Assembly: GCA_003990765.1 (NCBI GenBank)
Contig: RBNJ01000043.1
Location: 1 to 47,792 of the forward strand
Direction of reading: 5' to 3'
DNA from: Jimgerdemannia flammicorona
Taxonomy: Eukaryota
DNA length: 47,792 nt
Shown here: positions 13,451 to 26,338 of the stretch, piece after piece
Numbering within the stretch: position 1 is the first letter of the stretch
How the letters are laid out: each line of letters starts with the position of its first letter
Position numbers and translations under genes: made by a program
Notes under the pieces: generated by a model
Database searches by the model: none
Seen by the model: only the letters and a program-made list of their open reading frames with translations
Told to the model about the DNA's origin: nothing

Positions 13451-16400
13451 TTAGTAATTAATAATAACAGATACAGGTGGTTTGGTGGTCTGGTTTGGAA
13501 ATAGCTCATCATCATTCTCATTATATCACTTGAGATGTTGAACATTAAAGACTAGGTGAATCTTAATGGTGTCTGGTAGTGCCAATTTGTAGGAGGTTGG
13601 AGAGACTTGTGCAATGACTTCAAATGGTCCAATGAACTTGTTGTTTAGCTTTGTAGATAGTCTGTGCTTGAGGTTGTCAACTCAGTATCCTCTGATATCC
13701 AGTAGAACTTTTTTGTCAATATCAAAGGTTTCTTCTTAGCAGTATTGGTTAATATTATGACTATTGTTCTTGAGCTCATGATAAATTCTCAATGGCAATC
13801 TGGCTTAGATTGCACATTCAGAGTAAGAATTCTTCAACAGCTTCAACTGTAGAGGGTTCTTCAGTAGTTCGGACAAGTGTCAAAGGGGTGTTTGGGTTTT
13901 ATCCAGTGTTGGTGAAGAATGAGGTCATTCCAAGAGAGGCTTGCTTGCTATTGTTATAGGCAAACTCAACTGTGGTGAGGTGTTCATGCCAGTCATCTTG
14001 TTTGTAGGAAACATAGTTCCTTAGCATTTGTTCCAGAGTTCAGTTCATTCTTTCAGTTTGGCCATCAGTTTCTGGGTGAAAGGCTGTGGACAGTACAAGT
14101 TTTGTTCCAAGGTGTATATGGAGGGCTTTCCAAAAATGGCTGGTGAATTTCAGGTCTCAGTCACTAACAATGATCTTGGGAAGACCATGATAGCAGAAGA
14201 TGTTGTTAAACAAGAGTGTAGCTATTTCTGATACTATTGTAGTAGTGGTAGTAGGCACAAAGTGGGCTTGTTTGCTGAGATAGTCTACAAAGACAACAAT
14301 TGCATCTTTCCCATTCTTGGTTCAGGGTAGTTGTACAATGAAGTCTATAGAGATTTGTTCCCAATTCGCAAATAGTACTGGGATAGAGTGAAGTAAGCTG
14401 GGTTTTGCTAGTGTTGAGGACTTGTTTCATTGGCAGATATCACAGGAAGTGATGTAGGTTTTGAGCTGATCTACCATGCAGGGCCAATAGAGTTTCAGGA
14501 GATAACTTTGTAATATTTATCAAATCCTAAATGTCCAGCTATAGGGATATCATGATATTCGAATAAGATAGTCCTTCAGAGGTCTCAGTTGTTTGGGACA
14601 TACAGTCTGTCCTTGTAGTAGATAGCATTGTCCTTCAGTTGGTATTGATGATACTGTGTATGCTTGTCAGCATCGTCACTATTCAGGATTTCTCACAGTG
14701 CTTGAGCTTCCTTATCATCGGCACATGCTGTGATAATTTGTTCCATGATAGAGTTTGTAACCAAGGTGAGAGTTTGGATAACCTCTTCAATTGGTGGTCT
14801 GGAGATTGCATCAGCAATAATATTTTCCTTACCAGGGCAGTACTGGATTTCATAGTCAAAGTTGGTGAGGACTTTCATCCATCTGGCTTGCTTTCAAGAA
14901 AGGGTAGCCTGTGTCTTAATATTGACTAATGATTTGTGGTCAGTCAATACGGTGAAGTGTGCTCCTTCTAGGTAGGGTCACCATTTGATCAGAGTATCTA
15001 TGATGGCTAGCATTTCTTTCTCATGGGTTGCATAGTTAATTTCAGTATCATTGAACTTGCAGGAGTGATAGGCCACAGGGTGTCCTTCTTGTATGAGTAC
15101 TGCTCCAAGGGCTAGGTCAGAGGCATCAGTGGTAACTTCATATAGCAGAGCAGGGTTTGCCACTTGAAGTACTGGAGTGGTTATCAGGGCATCCTTTAGT
15201 GCTTGAAAGGTGGTATCTTGCTCAGGTCCCCAAGTTACAAGATTGTTGAAGTCTTTCTCTTGTTTTATGGTCCAGGGTTGTTCTTGTTTCTTACTATACT
15301 TGGTCATTTGGGTGAGGGTAGTAGCAATTTTAGCAAAGTTGGCAATAAATTGCCTGTAATAAGTTTACTAATCCCAGGAATGACTGAAGGTCTTTCAGCT
15401 TCTTGGGTCTGAGCCAATCCTTGATTGCAGAGATTTTGCTGGGGTCTACTTTGATTCTATTTGGAGTGACAATGTGTCCAAGAAATTGAATTTCTTTCAG
15501 GAGAAATTTGCACTTGCTGAGTTTTGCAAAGAGTCGGTCTTCTCAGAGTTTCAGTAGTACTAGTTCAAGGTGTTCAAGATATTCCTCCAGAGTTTTGCTG
15601 AAGACTAGGATGTCATCAATGTAGACAATAACAAATTTGTCCAGGTATGGATGCAGAATGGTATTCATCAGTGTCTGGAAGGTTGCTGGAGCATTAGTTA
15701 AGCCAAAGGGCATAACCAGGAACTCAAAGTGTCCATAGCAAGTTTGGAAGGCTGTCTTGTAGATGTCTTCTTCTTTCATAGCAATTTGCCAGTAACCATT
15801 TTACAGGTCAAAGGAGCTCATGAATTGTGGGTTGGTGAGCCTATCGAATATTTCATCGATCCTTGGTAGTGGGCAACAGTTCTTGATGGTCTGTTCATTG
15901 AGATCATGTAGTCAATGCACATTCACAGGTCTCCTCCTTTTTTGACAACAAATAGAACTAGTGCACCATAAGATGATACACTGGGTCTGATGAATCCTTG
16001 TTCTAGGAGTTCATCAATTTCTTTCTTGAGTGCATCAATTTCTCTTGAAGACATGTGGTAGATTGACTTGAAGGCTGGTTTGGCATCTGGGATAGTCTTG
16101 ATGGCATGGTCTACTACTCATTTAGGAGATAGGCCTTTCGGGAGCTTCTTTGAAAATATGTCTTGAAATTTCTGGAGTAGTGGTCTGACACAGCTATCAA
16201 CTTTGGAAAAATCTTCTTCAGGGTTCTCAGGTTCTCCTTTGGATGGGCAGATGGAGATGGCAAAGAGGGGGCATTTCTTAGCCAATTTCTTGAGTTGTAG
16301 TTTATTGATGTAGGTGATCTTTGGTCCAAGGTCACTAGAATTAAGTGAGTCCTTTTCACCTTACAGTTTGAAGTTGTGGCATCTTTTCTTGATGGTCAGA

Positions 16401-16939
16401 GAATGGGTTACCCAATCGATCATGAGGTTCTCTTGTTTTAACCATAGAGTCCCAAGGATGATTTCATTGTCAGGAAGTGGTATGATTTGGAGAGTAACAT
16501 GTACTCAGTAGTCACCAATTCAGAGGGGTAGATTGCAGACTTTTTTGCTAATAATATGTGAGGTTCTATCAGCTGTAGCAACTGCTTGAGTTTGCTGTAC
16601 TGGAGAGGTAAAGACCTTGAGTCTGTTGGCTGTCTCTTCATTGATGAAGTTGCCTGAGGCACTACTGTCTATCATAACCTTGACAGGTGCTCAGTTGACA
16701 AAAGCCTTAAGTGTAAGCAGTTTGTCTGATCCAATGGTAGTAATTTCAGTTGTAGGGGCTTTCCTTCTATTGGTTCTTCTTTGAGCCAGTTCATTGATAC
16801 AAGAGAAGCAATCATTAATTATTTGGGAAGAGTACATTCTAATGCTATGGGGACATTGGCCACTTAGTACATATCCATCTTCAATTTTCTTGTAGAATTG
16901 TTCCTCTTTGTTCATGGTAGGTTGGGCTGGGGCTTTGTT

Positions 16940-17351
16940 TGATGAGCCAAATCCTTTAGATCCTCGGATGGTGGGCAGTAGTTCAAGGACTTTCTTGACT
17001 GTCAGGGTTGACTCGATTTTTTCGAATAGGATCTGAGCAATGCAGAAACCAATAGGGATCTTGAAGGGTGTCCAACTGTAGTTTCAGATAAGGATAATAA
17101 TTTCACCTGTATAATCCTCATCAATGACTCCTCCATCTACTGAGAGTCCTTTCAATGCTAGGCTGCTGCAACAGCATATTCTTCCAACATGTCCTTCAGG
17201 GATATGGATGCTGATTCCTGTGTAGACTTATTTGACTTCTCGGTTGGAAACTATAGCTTCTTCGGCTACATACAGGTCATATCTAGCTGCTTTCTGACTT
17301 TCTTTGGTTGGGGCCTTAGCAGTTTTTCTTAACTTGACAAAGTCTAGTATT
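16940..17351 (-). pseudogene. dUTPase domain between the gag Zn knuckle and the protease in B
   Basis: AARYDL, SSLALKGLSVDGGVIDEDYTGE, IAQ, RGSKGFGSS. Confidence 0.93.
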
Positions 17352-19361
17352 CTGGTGGTCAGGTTGTTGAGGTGGTGCAGAGTGGTAACAGTTGCTCATA
17401 TTGCTGTTCAGGGTTTCCAGTTAGGACAGGCACTAGCCATGTGTCCTGTCTTTCGGCAATAGAAGCATGCTCCGCTTCTTTGAAGTTCATTCCTTTCGCC
17501 TTTGGTAAGTTCCTTGAAGGTGCTTGGCTGGGTGGATTCATGATTTCTAGGTGTCCAAGAGATGGATGTAGAGGGAGCTCAGGATGCTTCGTGCTTGGGT
17601 TCTTCTTTCTTGGTCCAAGTCTTTTTCTTATTGTTGAATTGCCTTCAGGGCAGAATTGGTCCGGCTGTTAGGATTTGCTTGACTATAGTCTTGATTCTTA
17701 CTAGGCACCATTGTTGGTAATCACAACCAACTGAGTGGCCTTATTCTCAGATTTTTCTAATAAGCCATTCAGGCAGGGTATTGAATAAATAGTCTGCTCT
17801 TGTACTATTTCATGCTTCATCATTGGCAATATATCCTAGGCCAATAGTGTTCAGGAGTAACTCAAGTTTTGTACAGAAGGTTTCGAATTCTTCTTTGCCA
17901 TATATATCAAATTTGAGGTTGCAGAGTTTTACTCGAGATTTGGTAATCATGGTTTCGCTGCAGTATTGAGCAATCATGAGTTATTTGAGTCCAGGGGTTG
18001 CAGGATGGGCTCCATATCCTGGGACATTGTTTGCTGCATTCTGAGCAACTACTGCAGGTCGGGTATCCCATGTGAGGGGTTTTTCAGAAAGGGTTTGCCA
18101 CTATTCTTTGGCAGGTCCTCAGAAGGATGTAACAACTTGGTGGACATAGGCTGTAGTGGTAGCAAAGAGTTGTTCCAGTGTGTGGTCTTGATTGTTTGTC
18201 AGAATGCAGTCAGCAACTCACTCATTGGTCCATTGATTGGCTTCAAAGTTGGTGTCAACTATACTAATGAAGCTTTGAACTTCTTGTGCAGTACCATTGA
18301 AGATAGGTAGGCTCAGATTTTTAGTAGATTGGGTCTGTTCAGCTAAGGCAGTAATGGTTGCTGCCATTATAGCTATTTGGGCTATGAGATCAAGAATCTG
18401 TTGGTTTGCCATGTTGTTTGCTGGAGGTAGTTGGACTGCTGGTAGTAGTATTACTGGTACTACTTGAGGTACTGGTGCAGAGTGTGATGGGGTTCTTTGG
18501 GTCTGTGTAAGTTGCTGGAGTAGTAGTTGTGGATCTGGAGTAAGGGCTTGATAGATAGCTGTTTGTTGTTGTATAGGTGTATTCTGTCCTGATAGGAGTA
18601 CGTCTCCTTCGGTGGTGTATCTGAGATTGAATTCAGTGAGATACTCCTCCTCCTCTTCAGTTTGGTCCCTGTGTAATTGGGTTTGCTCAGTGTCAAAGTA
18701 GATGGAATCAGTTATATATCTGATTTTGGAGGGACTTAATTCAAAGTCAAGTTTAGGTTTGGTATTGGTTTCAGATTCAGATAGGGCTATAGTAGGGCTT
18801 GCTTCAGGTTTAGGGTCAGGTAGTTGATGAAGGGTTTCTCTTGCTTCTTCTTTAAGAATATGGTGGGCCTTGTTATTCTGGAATTGGTAGTATAATGCAG
18901 TCTTGGTCCTGGTATGGTGAAAGTCGGTAGAGTTGAGCCACTTGGCTATAGAGGCTTGGGCTTCATGAGGAACTAAGGCTAGGAAGACTGCTGCTGGTTG
19001 TCCTAGGTCACTTGGATTTGTGGAGCTGACAAAACTCTTGTTGAGAAGAGTAAAGAAGGCTTCAATAAGACCTTCTTCATCTTGACTTGCTGGGTGTAGT
19101 GCAAGGAGTTCAGTGAATAGGATTTTGCCTGTTTGCTAGTTTAACTAAAGTACTTCTTTCTTTGAATGAAGTTTATCCCACTTGTTGCAGGTGTAGAGGT
19201 TAAATTGTCCTTATATGTCAGGTTCAATTCTCTCCAGATTGTCAGATGGTTCAGGATAAATTCCAGTTCAGAGGTTGGGCTTTATACCAACTTGTAGGAA
19301 TTCTCAAAAGGGTTTGTAGTGGGGTAAGGAAGCATCTTGAAGCGGAATTGGATTGTAAACT

Positions 19362-19372
19362 GCTGCTACCAA
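19362..19372 (-). promoter_or_regulatory. primer-binding site of B, initiator-Met-like
   Basis: TGGTAGCAGC 3 nt after the 5' LTR, complementary to a ...GCUACCA tRNA end. Confidence 0.75.
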
Positions 19373-19374
19373 GT

Positions 19375-21420
19375 TGTAAGAGGGTTGCTTTTTAGGGTAA
19401 CTGTTACATAGTTCTGGAAAGATTTTCTGGATATTCTGGAAGACCGTTTTCTTATGGTCAAGATTAATTTCATATGGAGTATGTCCTCTATACTTATTGA
19501 TTTCAAGTTCAGGTTGATGTCTCAACCAAAGTCCTTTTTTGGACTAGTTCTGGATGTTCAGGATTTCCATATTTCAGGAAGTTCAAGAAACTAAGACCAG
19601 CTTAGTTGAATTGGTGTATCACTGCAGACAATACCCAATTAGGAAATTTCGTGACAGGGTTAGGAGTGGGACCTAATAGGGAGCAGTTTTACTTAAGAGT
19701 GGTTTGTGGGTTATTAAATAGGTTTATTTACTATTCATGATATTGCTATATTAGAAGTAGTTGGGTGAGGGGATATTGTGGGAAAGTATTCAGGAATGTT
19801 CTTGTGTGTTCGAGTCTGAGATTCTGAGGTCTGGGGGAGGGGGTATTTATACTAGTGAGGGGCTATCTGGACTATGCTGAATATGGATGTAGCACTAAGT
19901 ACTTTGCTGAGTCGGAATACAGTTATATAGTACAAGTGTGATCTGACATATCAAGAGATCGTCTGACTGCTGAGTCAGTTCACAGTCACATCATACAAGG
20001 CTAATCTAACTATACTATGACTGCTTAGGCTATTTATAGTTTAGGCACTGTCTGGGTAGTTCTCGATGACATTACCATCAATTGCATCATCTCTGATAAA
20101 GTAGTCATCTAGGAAGAGTAGTTCGTGGATTACTTCTCTTTGTTCACTAAGGTAATACATTGAAACTTCATCTCTATCTCACAAGATGGCATCATCTGTC
20201 TCATGTGCTGGATAAGGTGTTGGTGGGTAAAGGAGGGGTGTATCATCTTCGTTTTTATTGGTTTCACTATCTGCATACCTTCTATGTTATGGCACTATGA
20301 GTTGGGGGGTTGTAGTAGGCTGGTGGCTATGGTTCATGTCACTCATACTCGGGTGGTGGAGTGGTTGATTCAATCTCAAGGGTTGTCTGAAGGTATAGGT
20401 TGTATTCTCTGGTCTTTTCATTATAGTTGAAGTAATCGGAGGTGAATGTAGATTATTATTCATGCCAGTAGTCATTGTCTCAATAAGTCTCATAGGCTGT
20501 TATGAATTGTTGTAAGTTCATTGGCAAGGTTGGCAGTGTGATCAGGGTTGGCAGAGATCCTTGGCTAGAGGTCATGTCGGTATTAGAGGGATCATTGTCT
20601 TCTGCTTTGTCTTCATCGAAGTGGATTATATCGTAAATGTCCTTCATGGCATATCCAACTTGGAACATTTGCAGAATATGATCATTGGGGTGTGGGAAGG
20701 TTCTGTCTGTAGTTTTGACATACTCGAGGTACTTGTGGTTGAGTTCTTATATCATATCATTGATTTGGCCATAGGACAGGGTAGTAACTATTTTGGCTGT
20801 GGTAACTCAGAGCTGGAGAATAATGGTGCTATACTTGTAGAAGAGTTCTCAATGTTTGTGGGTGATGAGCTTCTGGTATTGAGACATCTGAGTGATGTCT
20901 GTATCATGGTAGTGTTCAATTATATCTTCCAGGAGGCGGCCGATCTAGTAGTAGCTTGAGATTTGTCCAATTCAGTGAGCCTTACTAAGTATGTTCAGAG
21001 CATTCCATTGGGCTTCTATGAAGTAGAGGGGTGCTAGGCTATGGATATTCATGAGGAGCAGAAGGGGTATGGCTCGGTTGACAATGGTATTCCAAATATC
21101 AGCGTGGATATAGGTATAGATCTCAGTGGTCATGTTTGTATGTTTGGAAGTTGTAGTTGTTATTTGTTTTGGTTCTTTGATTCGATACATCTCGGTGCTC
21201 GGTATATATACATTTGATCCTGATTGGTAGATTCTGTTTGTGTAAATCTTGTATTCTGTGACTTCATATTGACTCAGCTTTGTGCACTGTGACTTCAGTT
21301 TGACTCAGCTTCATGATCAAGCAGGTGATTTCCAGATTTGTTCAGAGGTTGCGTGTGATTTCAGTGGCTTGTTCAGAGGGTGACATGTAATTTCGGTGGC
21401 TTGGAGGTTGTGCGCTTACA
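19375..21420 (-). repeat. 5' LTR of B
   Basis: Colinear with 11023-13070 (offset about 8352). Confidence 0.95.
20041..21133 (-). pseudogene. LTR-encoded accessory ORF of B, second copy
   Basis: Same reading as 11688-12782; a 2-nt indel near 20285 shifts the C-terminus. Confidence 0.72.
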
Positions 21421-21799
21421 TCTCAGGCTCCAATCATTTAATGGGTGAGAATTCGATTGATATAACGCTTGGAACGTTGAGTTGAAGATTGAGAAGGGGT
21501 GTGTTGGGGTGTTGGGTAATTGAGTAATGGAGGATGGATAGAGAAATATAGATGGAATATGTGAGTAACTAAAGAGATTTCGCATGATTTCGCGTATTCA
21601 ACTCCACCAAGGTGGTGGTGATTTCGTGTTCTTTCCAACCTAAGACGTGGTGATTTCGCATTCTTCCTAGGACATGTAATTACATAGGACGTGTATTTAG
21701 GTCGGATAATTAATGTAAATAATACATATCACACCAATATTTACTCAAAAGTACTCTATTATTAATGACGTTTGTCTATAAGAGGCAATAGAAACCAAT

Positions 21800-22690
21800 A
21801 GTATTCTCTGGTCTTGTGACAAGTGGTTCAGCGAAATGTGACACGCAGTCGGCAGCTGATCATACCCGTCACCTCCCAACACAAAGTCAACAAAAACGTC
21901 TAAAGCTCCAAGAACATAATCGGTCATTCTACATTGTCACTGGAGAAATTAACAACGGTGGTATGTCACAATGCCTAGATATGTCTTCACAAAGTATCAC
22001 TCTAAATGTCTTAATGGGACTGTATTTATCTGCAACCAGCGAACTATATACCAACATGCAAAGAGGGCGCAACGCGAATTCAGCGCAAGATTCAGCGCAA
22101 AATAATGGGAGAGCTGGCGGAGGAGCATACAATGGTACGATATCTCTGGTTTCAATGTATTGCTTCGTTTGAAAGGAGTGTAGATGGGTTTGGCATTGGA
22201 ACCATGCACCATCCTTTGCATTGAGTACGAGACGAGGCTGTTTATTATATGATCAAAAGGATGGGTGAGAGCAGTACACGAAGATTTCTATAATTATGAT
22301 AACAAACTGCTAAATCGAAGTAGTGTTTGAATAAGACGAAGTGGGAGATTAAATAGGGTTACGGAGACCTATTATATGAGATGGGCTGGGTTTCGGGCAT
22401 CTCTACGAGCTTCATTCTTGTATTGCTAAACAAATAATGTTGTTTTGAAACCACTACTACCATATGCCAGATTGCAGTTCCGAAATCCCCAAAGCGAATA
22501 TTCCCCCCAAACCCGCTCCGGATGTTGGTCCGTTCGGTCAGGATGCTCCTATGGATGATGACCGAAGGTATGTAAGAACTGTGTAAAGCATTGTTTACAG
22601 CTGAATGATGAAATGAAGCTCACAATATGTTCCATTTATATTTAGATAATATCATCAGTAGTGTGATAATAAGTAAGCTAACGGAGTCTC
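21800..22690 (+). other. possible spliced host gene fragment
   Basis: CpG retained; GTATGT donors at 21961 and 22568; branch/acceptor-like sequence ending ccag at 22469; open exon-like 22470-22567; no recognisable protein. Confidence 0.35.
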
Positions 22691-23532
22691 TGAAATATAG
22701 TTATTTGGTTAAAAATTATCATAAAGGTATCAAAAATGATTTAACTAAAAAAAAAAAAAACAATAAATATTATTAACAATATTTATAATATTTATATTAA
22801 GGAAGAAATATATTTATATTAATAAATATAAATATAAATATAATTTAAATATAGTTAATTAAATTTAAACTTATAATAAATTATTATATATATTTATAAG
22901 TCTCTAAAAGTTATAGTTACTCAAAGTAGTATAATTATATTCAATATACTATATTTAGTCATAGTTTTCAAATATGTATAAATACTCTCTATATTGAGTA
23001 TATTATAACCTCAGTTCTACTTTCTTTGAATATAAAAATAAAATAATATTCTTATCACAAAAAACTCTCAGATCTAACTTGTTAATAATACTGAGTCTAA
23101 TTAACTTAAAATATAAGTATAGTACTTCTACTAAGATAAGAACCTGAAAGCAATATCTGAACTCTATCATGAAAGATAACTAGAACTCAGTACTTTCTTA
23201 AAAACTCAGAACTTAGAACTGATAATTACTATTAATTATCTATAATATAATAACTCTATTAGTATATAGTTTTATTATAATTTAGTAGTAGTGGAAGTTA
23301 CTCTCTATTATAAGTAATCTTTTTTTAATATTACTAATATTGTTAGTAATAGTTAAAAAGTATCTTCACTCTAGATACTTTCTAAACTAAAGCTAAAGAA
23401 TCTAATAGAATCATTATCAAGTAAATCAAAATCTATATCAGCTAAGAGAAGTTTGATAAACTCAATAATGAAACTATCTAAGAAGTATTCAGTACTTTCT
23501 TTATACTTAACAAAGAAGTCTTCTATATTTTG

Positions 23533-24125
23533 CTTGGATCATCTTATCGAGGGAGAATACTTCAACTATAAGAAGGGCTACAATGTAAGGTAGAAAGGAG
23601 GCTATATATAGATGCCTGAATATTGGCTAGGAGAGTATGAGGTACTTGGTGACTTTTGGTAGACTATTGGGGATTGATTGGGTGTAGTATATAGAGGGAA
23701 TAGTGAACAGAGTCAGTAGAAGAATTTGAGAGATAGATTGGTAAGGAGGGTAGAGAAGGAGTAGCTTATCTTAGGTTGGGTTTTAGTGATTTGGGTGGGG
23801 CTAGTGGATCACTGGTTATTTGTTTTTGAGGATAGAAGGAGACTGGGCTTGGAGGTATGGCTGTTGAGATGGTAAGGGCTTATGGAAGACACTATAACAG
23901 ACTGGTAGCTTGGTTGGAGTCTGCAGAGTGGTTAGAGGTATTGCTTAGTAGAGAAAATCTATAAACAGAGTGGGGAGAGGGTTAGAGTAGTGGGTGAGAA
24001 AGTGGTCTTCATTCATAAAGGTGTGGGGGGGGGGCTCTCCTATGGGGATTAGATAGTGAGAGGTGATACTATAACCATATTAATAGACTAATAATAAATA
24101 GCAAAGTCCAAGTGACTATGAAAAG
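23533..24125 (+). mobile_element. 5'-truncated LINE 3' end related to the 42010-47792 element
   Basis: Shares cctgaatattggct.ggagagt, aatctataaa.agagt and terminal gtccaagtgactat with 47190-47774. Confidence 0.85.
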
Positions 24126-24356
24126 ATTAAGAAGTCTCCTATACTTCTGAACTTAAGGAGGAATTCAATAAGCTATTCAGTAGCTACTTCTATGAGAAAT
24201 ATATATAAGAATCTATTGAGACTATAAGTAAATATTTTCTGAATCTCTTCATTAATAATTGCTACTATATATAAAGCTAGAGCCTTTCTGAACTATAAGA
24301 GATATGTACTATACTTATAAAAAAAAATCTCACTTCTATTACCAAATTCTCTATAT

Positions 24357-25836
24357 TGTCATGTAGTAGTCGCTGAGTCCTTCAAATATGCCAGATTCTC
24401 TTCAAGGTATATCTCTTAGACTAACTCAAGTTGTTATAAGTAAGTTCTTATTGGAGTGCCTTTCCAAGGTCTTATAGTTCTCAAACTTCTTATCTTTAAC
24501 TGTCTTGTTATCTCTTAGATTGCTTGTAAGGAAGTGTGTGTATTGCACTGAGAAGACTGACTTTATTTCAGAGGAAATAAGAGAGGTATTTATACAAAAT
24601 ATAATTCAATAGTTGCTAAGATATAAAGCTAAATATAAATTCCAATAACTAAAACTACTAAGTTTCAGGGCTAGCATTATTTAGTGTCACATCAAAATAC
24701 TGGTGCTGGAACAATTTCGCATCACCTCAGAATGCTGGTACTGGCATTATCTAGTGTTACATGAGAATACTGGTGCTGGCATTATCTAGTGTAATAAAGA
24801 ACTTAGAGCAGAAAGTTCAGGATTATGGGGACTTCATCATCATCATTACTGAAGGAGATGAGATCTGCAAATTTGTCATTTTTGTGTGCTTTGATATTAT
24901 GTGGGATGATGTCATCACATTTGGCTGTGGCGGGGAAATCAGGGACAAGGTCTGGAGCTCTCCAGTCTATGAGGTTCTCTTCTACAAAATAAGGAACAAA
25001 TGTGGGGTCTTGGGGAGATCTAACCCAGATGCTTGGGCCTTGGAATACTGAGATTAATCCTTGCAGGAATTGATCTAGGTTGTCCTGAAGGATAGAGTGC
25101 CAGAAGTCTTCTACTTCTTCATTGTTGAGGGTGATAGTGGACTGGGCTTCTGTAGCCACCCTGACTTCTAGTGCATTGATATGGTGGGATGATAGGTCTC
25201 TGAAATCTGAGACTCTAATATACTCCAAGTTGGGGATTGACCATAGTGCATGTCTGAAGATCTGATGGATCTTCCTAGCTGTCCTTGTTTCACGTATATC
25301 TATGGGAGTGGTATCTTGTAGCTCTTGGGTGCTGGCCTGTGGGAACTCCTGACAGAGGAGGTTTTCTATTTCATACTCCTGTCACATTTGGAGGCATTTG
25401 GTAGCAATAGTGATCCTTGTTTCCATTTCGCGGCAGTAGAGGATAAAGTGATAAGGGTCTGCAGTATCTAGGTTGACACTAGGAGTCCTTCTTGAGCAGA
25501 TCCTCATGGCTCTTCTGATATCTTGGAACATCCTTTCCTTGACTGAGATACCTTGGTGATTCCTTGACCTTGAGATTTGGTAGACAGCAGGCATTTTGTT
25601 TGTGGTAAGTCTTTGAGCTATTTTGGGATTGGTGGTTCTTATTGGTTGCTGCTACTGTGGTTCCTTAATCCTTCTTTTATATTCTTCAGGATGCTTGTAC
25701 TATGGTCACAATGACTCACAGTTGGTCATCATTGCTCATCTCATATGCCATATGATCTTCTTGTGCTCCGATCTGGTAGCTTGTAAGGAAAGGCTGTCTC
25801 CTGTGCTAATGTCATCATTCTGGGGTCACTGTTACA
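24357..25836 (-). repeat. 3' LTR of C
   Basis: Direct repeat of 39646-41141. Confidence 0.95.
24803..25594 (-). pseudogene. LTR-encoded accessory ORF, C 3' LTR
   Basis: ORF-track pieces 25382-25594 and 24803-25228 are in one frame. Confidence 0.8.
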
Positions 25837-26338
25837 TCTGAGGAGGAAGAAGGCCCAGTGGGAGCCAAGGGAGCGAACCCAGAGCTAGTGTAAAGTGAAC
25901 AGAAGATATGTATATGGAAGAGCATATATAAGGGGGATGAACAAAGAATGTAACCGAAAATGCATCAGCCATTTATTGCCATATAAAAATGCAGTCCTTA
26001 TATACAAAATATGATGTCCCAAAAGGGAGAATGTGCCACAACTTGGGGCGAACCGAATTAGGAACCACATGACTGCCGGAGATAGGTGGAGATAAAGGGG
26101 GAGCCAATCCCAGTTGCAGGATAAAAATCACAAACAAATACAAACAAAACAAATCCAAATCGAGATTAAAAAACATCTGCAGACCCCAGAGGGGTGAGCG
26201 TGAGTGAGGGGTGAGGCTGAAACGGAGCGAGCTACAGTGAGCCTGAGCAAAGCAAGGGGCCGAAGACAGTGGAGGGGAGCAGAGTAAGGCCGAGACCCCA
26301 GAGCGAGCATGAGACCCTGGAGGGGGCAAGGATGTTTT

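Larger units (their letters stand above)
13110..19570 (-). pseudogene. gag-pol polyprotein of B with a long N-terminal extension
   Basis: CFYCRKTGHMASAC knuckle 17467; MIDSSASGNF protease ~16670; [31 protein letters not shown] RNase H; integrase 14620-13600. Confidence 0.93.
11023..21420 (-). mobile_element. Complete chromodomain-bearing Ty3/gypsy element family B with dUTPase
   Basis: TGTAAG...CTTACA LTR termini; perfect 5-bp TSD TCTCA (11018-11022 and 21421-21425); PBS, PPT, gag-dUT-PR-RT-RH-IN-chromo. Confidence 0.97.

Noticed and set aside
24660-24795. CRISPR-like repeat spacing
   Set aside because: Degenerate LTR minisatellite in eukaryotic DNA; no unique spacers or cas genes
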